Shown here in pieces: positions 42,501 through 54,439 of a stretch of DNA of 64,000 bases. A program made the position numbers and the translations under genes. Source of the DNA: Conidiobolus incongruus B7586. Taxonomy: Eukaryota. The notes under the pieces were generated by a model. The model was not told where the DNA came from. It saw only the letters and a list, made by a program, of their open reading frames with translations, and made no database searches. The stretch spans positions 1 through 64,000 of the forward strand of contig JNEM01010781.1 in assembly GCA_000697335.1 (NCBI GenBank), written 5' to 3'. The stretch's first letter is position 1. Each line of letters starts with the position of its first letter.

Positions 42501-42619
42501 AATAAAACTAAACAATCGCTCGTGCCAGAATCCTCCGATTCATTTATAGAGAGGCATGAAACTCCCAGTGGTACTATTGACCCTCAATTAATTGAGTTTG
42601 CTGATAATATTCGAGCTGG

Positions 42620-42651
<32 letters not shown>

Positions 42652-42779
42652 ATCAAGTACTAACTCTATTTAAAGAAAAAGCTAATAGCGTGTCAAAGAC
42701 AGAGTACCTCTCAAAGCAACTTAAGAGAGAAATCGATGCAATGTTATCAGAGTGTTCAGATGAAGAATCAGATTTTTAG
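39597..42779 (+). CDS. YCG1: Condensin subunit Ycg1/Cnd3/CAP-G, multi-exon
   Basis: AKERLVRLRCAQL, ALSRLQ, DPSADVRK, ERARD, DFADEAGRRK, CLGLYCML, LRQSLHYFFSVY, QLLADWTDP HEAT-repeat motifs. Confidence 0.9.
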
Positions 42780-42993
42780 AATTATATTGCCTACTTAAAC
42801 CTGGCAATTAATGCTAATTCTTATTTATGAACCTTTGCTAATGTATTATTAACATATATAATTTATCTCAACTTTAATCCTTGATTGTCTTTATACTGAT
42901 TATAAGATTCATTCATTAATCAAGTAATAAATTTTTCAATTTTTAATTTTCGTCCTTGTTTTGTGAGTATTTCCGAATTAACTATTTTAATAT

Positions 42994-43030
42994 AATGTTT
43001 TGGATACATTTTCAATGTATCCAAAACATT
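42994..43030. repeat. Perfect 17-bp inverted repeat with 3-nt spacer
   Basis: AATGTTTTGGATACATT-TTC-AATGTATCCAAAACATT. Confidence 0.95.
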
Positions 43031-43334
43031 CTATCACATATTTTAAATTTACAAAACTGACACTAGACAAATATATAATCAGGTTCAATTATAATATATA
43101 TATTGCCAATAATATTTTTATTATAACCCAATATATGACATGAGATTTATCAAAGAAAAATTATATTTATAGGATATTTTGATTGTAATATTTTAAATCA
43201 TTATGTTAAATTTTTTAATTAAAAATGTAATCCCATAAATAATTAAATGTTACATTCTCTTTAAAAGGTTAATGAATAAATTAATTATTTTGTTAACTCT
43301 ATATATATATATACATTCATAATAAAAAAGTAAA

Positions 43335-44408
43335 ATGAGTGATCTTACTGATAATGAAATTAACTTTGGAATTAAATTTAAAGGAGCTTGTGTTCGTAAT
43401 GATATTCAAGAAGCTCTCAATTTATTGAAAGAAGAACCTGGCTTAGTTTGGTTCAGAGACGCCGATGGTAGATCACCTCTCCATTGGGCTAGTGCTTTAG
43501 GAAGCGAGGAGTTGGTTATTGCACTATTGGAAAATAGACACCCATGGAATGTGATTGATAATGACGGCAACTCTGCTGGCGACGAAGCCGATGCTCACAA
43601 ACATCCTGCAGTGTATCAACGATTGGTTGAGGCTGGTGTCAGAGCTGAAATGATTCTTTCTATCATCAACAGTCAATTCGAAGCTGAAGAGGAAGATGAA
43701 GATCAAGAAGAAAAGCAAGGAGACGAAAATGACGCTATTGATTCCAATCAAAATATTCCAAATGCTGACTATTTAAATATGCCATTAAAGTTTGATGATG
43801 ATAAAATTTTAGATTTTGATAATAATGGAGTTATGATGGGCTGGGAAAAGCCTCTGATGGATCGTCATTGCGAGATTATTGCTCCTAAGCCTGGTTTACA
43901 TGTAATTAACGTTGGATTCGGTATGGGATTCATTGACCGTGCTTTACAAGCAACTCAACCCGCTTCTCACACCATCGTAGAGGCTCATCCTGATGTTTAC
44001 AAGAAAATGCAACAGGACGGATGGTTAGACAAGCCTAATGTGCGTGTAATTTTTGGTCGTTGGCAAGATAAGATTGAAGAAATTTGTGACAGGGAGTACG
44101 ATGGCATCTTCTTCGATACTTTTGGAGAATATTATCAAGATCTCAAACAATTCCACGAACTTTTACCCAATATTCTCTCCCCCGAAGGTACCTATTCTTT
44201 CTTCAATGGCCTTGGTGGCGATGTGAAATTGTTCCACGATGTATACTGCCAAGTTGTCGAATATCATTTGAAAGAAATTGGTATTTCAATTGAGTTTGTA
44301 ACCATGGAAATGGATCCTGATTCCTGCAAGATTTGGGATGGTGTTAAGAGAAGATACTGGCAATTAGAGAAGTATCATTTACCCATTTGTAAATTATTAC
44401 CCTGTTAA
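43335..44408 (+). CDS. RMT2: Protein arginine N-methyltransferase Rmt2 (ankyrin + GAMT-like)
   Basis: Ankyrin GRSPLHWA..HPWN; VMMGWEKPLM, VINVGFGMGFID, HTIVEAHPDV, YDGIFFDTF, SFFNGLG. Confidence 0.93.
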   Translation: MSDLTDNEINFGIKFKGACVRNDIQEALNLLKEEPGLVWFRDADGRSPLHWASALGSEELVIALLENRHPWNVIDNDGNSAGDEADAHKHPAVYQRLVEAGVRAEMILSIINSQFEAEEEDEDQEEKQGDENDAIDSNQNIPNADYLNMPLKFDDDKILDFDNNGVMMGWEKPLMDRHCEIIAPKPGLHVINVGFGMGFIDRALQATQPASHTIVEAHPDVYKKMQQDGWLDKPNVRVIFGRWQDKIEEICDREYDGIFFDTFGEYYQDLKQFHELLPNILSPEGTYSFFNGLGGDVKLFHDVYCQVVEYHLKEIGISIEFVTMEMDPDSCKIWDGVKRRYWQLEKYHLPICKLLPC

Positions 44409-44585
44409 ATGGATAGATAATAGAGTTTCATACAATCTAATATGATGATATATTTCTGGCTAATAATATTTTGAATTAATAAATCATAATCACTAAAATA
44501 TTTCATTGAATATTAAAATAAGAATACAGTTATTTTACATAGTGCTTAAAAAACACATTCAAAATCATTTATTATAACAAAGTGT

Positions 44586-45938
44586 CTATTTCTTTTTAGG
44601 AGCAGTAACATTAAATTTGAAATAGATAATATCACCATCTTCAACGATGTAATCTTTACCCTTTTGATTGTATTTACCAGCAGCCTTGACAGCAGATTCA
44701 CTTCCCAATTCCTTAAGATCGTTAAATTTCATGACTTCAGCCATGATGAAACCACGTTCAAAATCGGTGTGAATAACACCAGCAGCTTGAGGAGCCTTGG
44801 AATTCTTACGAACAGTCCAGCAACGAACTTCATCAGGACCAGCAGTGAAGAAATAGATGAGTTGTAAAGCATTATATCCTGATACGATGATCTTAGGGAA
44901 AGCAGAGATAGTTTCTAATTCCTTCAATCTTTCTTGCTTAGCGGCAGGTTCCATTAAACTGAGTTCATATTCCAAAGAGGCAGAAAAAGGAATAAGGAGA
45001 TCTCCAGGACTGTTGGCATCAATCCAGGCCTTGATCTTAGGGAGCCACTTGTTCTTCTTTCTAACATAGTCTTTTTCACTGCAGTTAGCCAAATAAATAA
45101 CAGGCTTGGCAGTGATCAATTGAAGACTATTGATGACTTCAACTTCCTTGTTGTTCCAATCTCCCTTACGAACATCTTTTCCTTCATCAACGACCCACTT
45201 GCGAACCTTTAAAAGAATTTCGTATTCTTCCTTATTTTGCTTATCTTGAACACCACCACCAGCACCAGCTCTTTTAACTTGCTTTTCAAGGGTTTCGATA
45301 TGTTTGTTCAAAAATTCTTCATCCTTTAATCTTAATTCAGAATGAATGATTTCCAAATCTCTAATGGGATCAAGTTCTCCTTCAACGTGAATAACATCTT
45401 CATCAGAGAAAGCACGGCAAACGTGGAAGATGGCGTCGACGGCACGGACATGACTTAAGAAAGCGTTACCTAAACCAGCACCACCAGCAGCGCCTTTAAC
45501 TAAACCGGCAATATCAATGACAGTAAGATAGGCTGGAACTTCAGATTTGGGTTTATAAGTTTGGTTTAACCAATCAAAGCGCTCATCAGGAACAGCAACT
45601 CTAGCTTCAGCGGGATCAATGGTACAGAAAGGGAAATTTTCAGCAGGGGCAGCAGAATTTGTAATAGCATTAAAGAAAGTAGACTTTCCAACGTTAGGTA
45701 AACCTACAATACCAATTTTCAAGTTGTTAGAGGGACGACCCAATAAAAGTTTTTCTTCTTGGACAGCTTTCTTAGGAGGCATTTTCTTTTTTAATAATAT
45801 TGAATTAGAAGTGAATGAACGGTAAAAATTTAAATGTAATTTAACGTTAATAGATGATTTTAATATTGAAGATGACCTCGTAACTAAATTAAAATTAACG
45901 AGTAAATTCATTGATAACGAATTGATCAACCTCATCAT
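44586..45938 (-). CDS. OLA1: Obg-like ATPase Ola1/YchF; canonical start MPPKK at 45782 with a 52-codon in-frame upstream extension
   Basis: [62 protein letters not shown]. Confidence 0.95.
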   Translation of the reverse strand: MMRLINSLSMNLLVNFNLVTRSSSILKSSINVKLHLNFYRSFTSNSILLKKKMPPKKAVQEEKLLLGRPSNNLKIGIVGLPNVGKSTFFNAITNSAAPAENFPFCTIDPAEARVAVPDERFDWLNQTYKPKSEVPAYLTVIDIAGLVKGAAGGAGLGNAFLSHVRAVDAIFHVCRAFSDEDVIHVEGELDPIRDLEIIHSELRLKDEEFLNKHIETLEKQVKRAGAGGGVQDKQNKEEYEILLKVRKWVVDEGKDVRKGDWNNKEVEVINSLQLITAKPVIYLANCSEKDYVRKKNKWLPKIKAWIDANSPGDLLIPFSASLEYELSLMEPAAKQERLKELETISAFPKIIVSGYNALQLIYFFTAGPDEVRCWTVRKNSKAPQAAGVIHTDFERGFIMAEVMKFNDLKELGSESAVKAAGKYNQKGKDYIVEDGDIIYFKFNVTAPKKK

Positions 45939-46494
45939 TCTTAATTTATTTTATCTCTATACAATAAATTCAATAAATTTAAATTGTGGGATATTATTTC
46001 ATTTCAAAATAATCATTTCATTTTTCTTAAATTATAAATTATTAATATATTCATTATTTTTAAATATATAATAAATCACAAATGATTAATTTATATTGAA
46101 ATTAAATCATTAGAAATAAAGAGAAATATAATATAATAAATTTTTTTATAATATTTTGATAGTTAAATGGTATTTACTCTATATAGATTGAAAAAGATTT
46201 TTATTATATATATTGTTGTATAAATAGCTGATATATATCTAATAATGATTTTTGTATTAATCAAAATAAAACATTTAAAATAATCCTTAAAAATATTTAT
46301 AACTTTTGAAATATTTAAAATAGCTGAGTTAAAGCTTTAGAAAAGACGATTTATAAAAAGTAGTAGTTGAATAAATAATATTAAAATCAACAAAAATAAT
46401 TATGGTTTTAAAATTTTTTCTTAAATTAAAATTGAAAAAACAACAGTTAGATATGATTTGAAAAAGGGTAGTTTGATATAAATATACAGTGGAA

Positions 46495-48680
46495 TCAGTG
46501 AGGAAGATCATTATCCAGTTCATCCTTAGATGTAAAAACGGAACTCGGTGGTCGAGGAGCCAATTTTCGAGCTACATGTAGCGGAACAGTATTCACAGTG
46601 CAAGATGTAACAACAGGAGCTAAATAATTTCATTAGAAATTAAAGCTATCAAATAATATAGTATAAACTTACCAGATATATCACGATTGATTGCTACTTT
46701 CATCAAAGATTTGATCCAGTCTTGAGCTTCTTCTTTTAATTCCGCTGCAAAATACAATGGCTTGTTTTGGGGGTGAACAAGTTTGAAGCAGTATTTTCCA
46801 GGATTGATTGTTGGATCAGGTATAGGTTTATACCCTCTAAGGTCAATTTCTCCCTTGGGCTTCTTTTCTTTATCAGAATAATAAAGCAGTAATCTATGTC
46901 CTTTCAAAACGCACCAACGATCATTCCAAAGCTTGCAGGTTTTTCCTTGCTTCCTAAGCCATCCAGCAATGAGTATAACATCTGGATTTTGAGGAGGTGT
47001 GGGAGGACGAGCAGAATCAATATCATAGCTGATAGAACTGGGATTCATACCATTTTTGCCATGCGATAAGGCTGGTTTGTAAGGATTGACTAACTCTGGA
47101 TCAGGAGGTGGAGGACGGGACCTATCTGATCTGATTGTGGAAATCTCCTAATGATTTTCAAAGTAAAAATGATTAGTGAGATGTTGTTAATAATAAAATA
47201 AGAAATACCTCATTTTGTACAGAAAATGATACTTGTTTTTTAACTGATGGTCTGGGTGTTTCAGGCTCGGCTGAGTGGTATGAAGGGGGAGGTGCGCTGT
47301 GACTTGGAGGAGGAGGACCAATTGGTGCATCTGGAATATCTTCATCTTCTTGATAATCTGAGAGGTTTTCATCAGAATCTGTAAAACTATTAATTTCTCG
47401 AGAGCCAGAAGAAGGTTCCTAAATGAATTGTTTAAACTCTATATGAAATACATGCCAAAAAGCATTTACTTGTTGTTCTGCTATATCATCTACAGGATGA
47501 TAACCTGGCGATGATTGAAGCCATTTTTCAATGCTAGATTTTTCAGTTACAAAATTGGAAGCTTCATTAAATAGAGGTTCATCAGGATATGAGCTACCGC
47601 CAGCACCTGAATGTTTACCAACCTCTAAAGGAGAGGAAAATTCTCCATCGAATTGTCGATTGATTTCTTGTCCGTTTTTAGCCTTAAGTTTGTTAGAAGA
47701 TGACTGGGAATTGGTATTGTTATTGGAGCTTGATTTATGGTTTTGGTGTGATCCATTAGCAGTACCAGGAACTTGATTGATTGGAGCGGAAGCATTGGAC
47801 TCTGATTCACTAAGAAGACCATATTGACGCTTTAAATGAGTGATGGCAGTATTCACGTTGAATCTTTTTCCAAATTCGGTAATACCTATTTCTTTCAAAG
47901 TATCCAAATTTAAAGCTAATAAGGCTTCTCCATCTATTTCATGGTGCTGAAACCTTGGGATAAGTCTTTCCAAGTTGATACTTGCTAACCACTCGCCAAC
48001 CGTTGCAACATCCCAAAGATAAGGAGGTTGACCATTTCCGGGGAGCTTTGAGTTAGAGCCAGTAAACACTTCGGATTGTCTGTACATGGATCTTCTAGGT
48101 GCGCTTGGCTGTTTGGTAGCATCCTTATGTTTTATAGAATTTTTCAAATTAGATTCAGGTTTTGAAGACGAGTGTTCAGAGTCTAATGCTTGTTTAGGTA
48201 CAGTTTCCTTTGGACTGTTCAAATTTAGAGCGTTATTGAGCTGCTTAGAAAGTTCGGCTTCTCTTGATTCTTCCAAGTTATCTTGGTCAGATGTGGTAGG
48301 AAAATAGGGGTTATGATTGGATGGAGAGCCATGAGAGTTGGAAGGTTCAGAATTCCAAGTTGATTTACTAGTTTGCTGATTCGTGTTAGAATTTTGTTTT
48401 TCGGAATCCATGGGGCTCAAAGGGTCTATAAGTGTAATAAAATTCATTGGAAATAAACCAATTTCTCCTCGAATATTTTGACCCTAGAATATTTAATATT
48501 AATTTATAAAATTATATAAAATACACTTGTATTAAATATTACCTGCCACCAACCATCATTATAAAGGTCATCTTTTTCTATGACTAACACTGGCTCACCA
48601 GCTTTCAAAGAAATTTCATCTTCATTGGTAGCATTGAAGTCATGAATAACATAAGCTGTCTCATGAGTGGTGGGTTCCAT
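46495..48680 (-). CDS. SH3-SAM-PH polarity scaffold, Boi1/Boi2/Pob1-like, multi-exon
   Basis: SH3 (VIHDFNATNEDEISLKAGE..YNDGWWQG), SAM (WDVATVGEWL..HEIDGEALLAL..LKEIGITEFGKR), PH (AGWLRKQG..WNDRWCVLKG..WIKSLMK). Confidence 0.85.
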
Positions 48681-51577
48681 TCGATGTTATTTTATAATTA
48701 TCAGAGTGAAGTGTTAAATAAAGTGAATAAGGATAAATAGCGCAATCTATGTGATAATATAGGATAATGGGAATTGAATGCAGATTGTTGGGAATCGTTG
48801 TCTCAATATCAAAAGAATACTCAATAATTGAATTAAATGGATATTATTTACTTATTGATATTGAGAATAAGTGTCGAGTATTATGAATTGAATTAAACTA
48901 TTATATTTTAAATTAATTTATTTAATTCGTAAAATAGGAATAGGAAAAAGATATAATAATCAAATATAAGTAAATGAAATTAAGTTTAAATCAATCAATT
49001 CATGCTAAATTTTCATTTAATCAAAGCCAAGGTCCGCTTGTAATAGACACCAGTGATTGGCTCATTTGGATTATTAATGAATTGAATCAATTGTGCACTG
49101 ATCACATCATCCTCTTACAAATTAATTTTTTATTTTTCCTTGTCATATTAAATGAGCTATTTTAATTAATTGATAATGTATTGGGAATAATTTTTATTAA
49201 TGTACATAGATTAAACGAATTAAAATTAACTTTAAACAAGTAAAAATTTTAATTTTATTGGGTTAATTAATGTTACCAGCTGACTTGAAAAATATTTGGT
49301 ACAAGTACTCAATGAAAAACTGAACATTATTCAAAATGCATAGCTTAATCTAATATACATGAAAGCATTTATTGGACTCTACAAAGAAATATGTAAATAA
49401 TACTAAAATTTACATAATTGGTAGCCATATAATGCCACCAGTCCGATATTTAGTATTGTAAGTATATATATATTTCTCTATTCAATTAATGCTCTAAACT
49501 TTACCATACTTATTTCCAGAGAATATTGAAATTTCAAATTGAGGTTTATTAAATCTTTTTATGGAAATACGCATATACTAATTGATTAAGCGTTAAATAA
49601 ACTTGTTTCACAAGCTATTCAACAAACAATGAATTGCAAAGTTATTCATTTGAAACCACATTAAAAGCATTCAGTTTAATATAGCTTTTAAGAATTCAAT
49701 GTATTATTATTACGAATTATACTAAATGTTTCTCTGATGTCTGCATTTTTGATTTATTTGAGCATGATACATTATTGGTAATTTAAATATTAAAATTAGA
49801 CAAATCACCCTTCAATTTGAGTTAGGTTAAAAATACTATTATACTGAGCTGAATCGCAAAAATGTGTCTTCTTATTTGTTTGTTTTAACAGTAAAATCTC
49901 TCAAAGCACCATTGAATAAATATACTTAAAATTCGTTCAAAATATGATAACTATAGATGCTGATTTTTGAAATTTGGAGAGTTAATTTGAAAAATAGCGT
50001 GTGATTCAAATGTAGATGATATGTAAAATTATATCATTTAATTATTGTTGATATGACTTTTGAAATTATCATACCAATTATTCCCATATTAAGAGCACAT
50101 TTAACAATATCAAACTTTGAAGTATCATTATTTGTTATGTAGAAATTCAATGATTTAAAAAACCACTTTTCCATTTTAGATTAAAATTTAAAGAAAATAT
50201 ATTTTGGTTTTATAGATAATTTACTAAGCATTTGTCATAATAAAGCACCCTTGTATTTTACAATGTATGTTAAAGAAACTAAAATCGGAAAATATTCATT
50301 ATGTAAATTTTCAAACGTTGGTTGAATGTTTTTTGCAAAAATAGCGTAAGCAAATGAAACATGAACATCTTGTACAGTTACTTGAATTTTTTGTTTCTTT
50401 TTATTTAAACGGAATTGTGAATTGATAAACAACAAGAAATGTTTTATCTCTAGACTATATTAAAAATTGATTATAAACTTGGAAATATAAAGTTTATGTA
50501 TTAGGGCATTTTTATGTCCACCAAAATGGTATGAGATAATCGCTAAAATAACTATTGATTTTACTTTAAAAACATATTACATGACACTTGTAATATTGGT
50601 CTTTTAACCAACTCTTTGTTTAAAAAATATAATAAATCATTGGGCAAAATTAATGATAAATATTATTGTCAGCTTAAAAATTTTTATCTTTAAGATTTGA
50701 ATTTTTATTATATTTATTAAAATTTTTCAAAATTGATTATAACTTTAGTTTAGCAGTTTTTGTTGTATATATAGTGTCAGAATTGATGTTAATCATCTGA
50801 AAATATAGGAATATTTTTGAAATATCATTCTTTATTTGAATTCAGGGTCAATTTAAATAACTTTTGAAACAAATAAATATCAAATAATAATCTAGTCTCA
50901 TTAATAGTATTAGTTATTGGTGATATATAATGGATAGCTATTTTGATAAAATATATATTAAAAATCTTAATAGCTTTATACATACAGTATAACTTATTTA
51001 TTTATTTATTGAATATTAAAGGATAGATATTTTTATTAATTAATACAAGTGAATATATGATATATAATTATATATTAAATTTATTTATATAACTAAAATT
51101 TCAAACTAGTAAATCAATATAGTATGGCAGATAAAAGTATTTTTCAAATCTATATATTGTAAAATTATAGAAATCCTGAATTATTAATTCCATCATATAT
51201 GTTACTTTTACTTTGTTCGTTAAAAATTGATAATAAATTTATTATTTTAGAAATTATAATAAATAATTAATAATATATTAGATTTGTTATTTAGGTCTTT
51301 TATTAGTAATTGAATAATCATTATTAATACTCTATTTAATATAATTTTCCATCTTAGTTTAATTTTATGTTGATTAAAAATATTTTGATAAAATTGTCAC
51401 TTTTATTCTTATAATAAGTATTCTTTATATATATATTTTAATACAAAGGATAAATTAAAAAATGATAATTATAAATTAATATAAATATATTAATAAAAAT
51501 ATTTTTTCTAATTAATTTTAATTATGATAAAAAAATCAAAGTAATATCAATATTTATTAATCTTGCACTATATTTCT

Positions 51578-51974
51578 TGTTAAAAAACTAGTTCTTTAAA
51601 TTCTTATATATACTTTCATATAATCTAATTAACTATAAATTATATGATTAATTTATACTTATATAATTAAATTAATTATATAAATAGTATTAAATTATCT
51701 AATAAACTAGGTTTTTTTTTCTTCTCAATTCTTACTATTTTTTACTTTTACACTATTTTTAAAATTAAAACTATATTCTATTAATATTATAGGATATTAA
51801 CACTACTTAATATAAATTTTAATATATTAGTAATTTATTTTAGTTTAAAGCTTAATTAAATTTTATTTATATTTATACACTATAGTTATATTATATTATT
51901 ATATTTTACACCACACTACTTTTATATTAAATTTTCTTTTATACTATATTAATTTAACTACCACTATACTTATA
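51578..51974 (+). repeat. 5' LTR
   Basis: Aligns end-to-end with 57281-57680. Followed by TAATAACAATAATAAAA, compatible with a fully G-to-A converted TGG-initiated primer-binding site. Confidence 0.93.
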
Positions 51975-53141
51975 TAATAACAATAATAAAACTATTAAAA
52001 ACTTATTAGAAATTAATAACTATTTATATTAAACTTAATTAATACTATTTTAAATTTTATCTATAATTTATTTTATTTAAATTTAATACTATATACTATA
52101 ATATTACTAAAAAAGGAAATACCCTTATATTATTTTAATGATGATAATAACTTAATTACTAAATAAATCTAAAACTTTAGTTTTTAAAAACTTATTACCC
52201 TTTAAAAAACTTATATTAAACAACTTTTAATTAAAAAAATATATCTTAAAGAGTTTAAATTTAACAAACTAGTTACTTCACTATAGTTAATATATTAAAC
52301 TACCTCATTAATATTTTTAAAAACAAATTAACTATTTATGATAGTTTTAAAAACCTTTATAAACTTGAAAACTACCTTAAAAATATAAAGAATTATTTTA
52401 ATTTAATTTTAAAAAAGATTTAAAGAATATTTTTAAATTAACTATTTTTTTTTAGAAAAATTTATTTATATTTGGTAGTTAACTTATTATAAATTTAATC
52501 TTAAAAAATTTTTAGGAGGATAGTTTATTATAAAAATATAAACTTTTAAACAATTAGAAAAAGCTTTTAAAAAGAGATATTACTTAAAAAATCAAGTTTA
52601 ATTAATAAGAGAAAAGTTTTCTTAACTTAAATAAAAAACTTCTACAAAATAATTAATTGAGAAATTTAATGAGATATATTTAAATATATTAAATATCACT
52701 AAAGAAGAATAAATCTACAAATTATTATAATATCTTAATTTTTAAGTGAAGCTTTAATTAATTAATAAAAAATACTTTGATAATATGTTTTTTTTTAACA
52801 TTTGTAATATAGTAATTATAATTGATAATATTTTTTACTTTATAACTAGATTTTTTTACCTTAAAAATTAATTTTTTAAACTTTACTTTAACCCACTTAA
52901 ATTTCAAATAATAAATATTTCTACTTTAAAGCTTTATAAGAAAACCTTTAATAAAAAAGTTAAAACCTACTTGAAAATAAATAAAAGTTGTTATTACTAC
53001 CAAAAAACTTAAGTTAACTATAAAACTAACAAATACCCTTTAAAAAAACAACTTCTATTTAATTTTTAACAATTTTAACTTATCAACCATAAATCAAACT
53101 TGAATAATATTAATATAACTTTAAAATCACCTTTTTTATAA

Positions 53142-53932
53142 TTAGTTAGCAAATTTTAATTTAATCTATAAAAATTCTAATAAACTATTAATTCCACAAA
53201 TTAAATTATTTATACTAAAGAAATCTAATTGATTAAATTATTAAAAACTAAAAATATTCTAGTAATTAATTTACTTTATAATTTTTTACCTTTAACTATC
53301 ACTTTATTATTTATGTTAATTAATTTTTTTATTAATATACTTGTTAGTGTTTTAATTAATTTTAATTATTTTAGTTATATTATCTCTTCTTTTGTTGTTG
53401 TAAAATTATTTTTACCTACTTAAAAAAATAACTTGATAATTAAATATACTAACAACTTAATAAAACAAGCATTTAATACTATATTTAAATATTTATTATT
53501 ACCCCTTAACTATTTTTAACATATTAAATTTTTAGTTAGCAAATTTTAATTTAATCTATAAAAATTCTAATAAACTATTAATTCCACAAATTAAATTATT
53601 TATACTAAAGAAATCTAATTGATTAAATTATTAAAAACTAAAAATATTCTAGTAATTAATTTACTTTATAATTTTTTACCTTTAACTATCACTTTATTAT
53701 TTATGTTAATTAATTTTTTTATTAATATACTTGTTAGTGTTTTAATTAATTTTAATTATTTTAGTTATATTATCTCTTCTTTTGTTGTTGTAAAATTATT
53801 TTTACCTACTTAAAAAAATAACTTGATAATTAAATATACTAACAACTTAATAAAACAAGCATTTAATACTATATTTAAATATTTATTATTACCCCTTAAC
53901 TATTTTTAACATATTAAATTTTTAGTTAGCAA
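53142..53932 (+). repeat. 390-bp tandem duplication inside the retrotransposon
   Basis: 53142-53531 is repeated at 53532-53921 with no difference seen; TTAGTTAGCAA occurs at all three junctions. This explains the two identical 64-aa ORFs. Confidence 0.93.
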
Positions 53933-54439
53933 CATTAATTATAATTTTATACTAGGTTAAAATTAGTTTAAATATCACAGTTTTATATTTATAAATATTA
54001 CTTTAGAAAGTTACAAATTTATTTTTTTTATATTCTAAAAAAAATTAGTAGAATTAATCTTAAAAAACCTATATTACCCTATTATAAAATTATTAAATAT
54101 TTTACCTAACACTAACTTTATAATTATAGTAAATAATTCTATTATTATAAGTAAAAATCAATGTAAAAAGTTAATTAAAAACTTAAATAATTTATAAAAA
54201 TATATATTTGTTTATTATTTATCTATTAATACTTTATTTGTTGAATTTAATAAAGTTATACTTAATAACTACTTCTTATACAATATAATAAGTTAATTTA
54301 CTAATGTTTTTAAACTTGTAAATAAATTACCACTTAAATATAATATTAAGTATAAAATTAAACTACTCTTTAATATATAATTATATTTAAAGTTTACTTA
54401 CTATTTATTTCTTGAATAATATTAAACTTTAAAAGAAGA

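Noticed and set aside
53229..53813. Two identical 64-aa hydrophobic ORFs
   Set aside because: By-product of the 390-bp duplication within AT-saturated retrotransposon DNA; TTG start, not genes.
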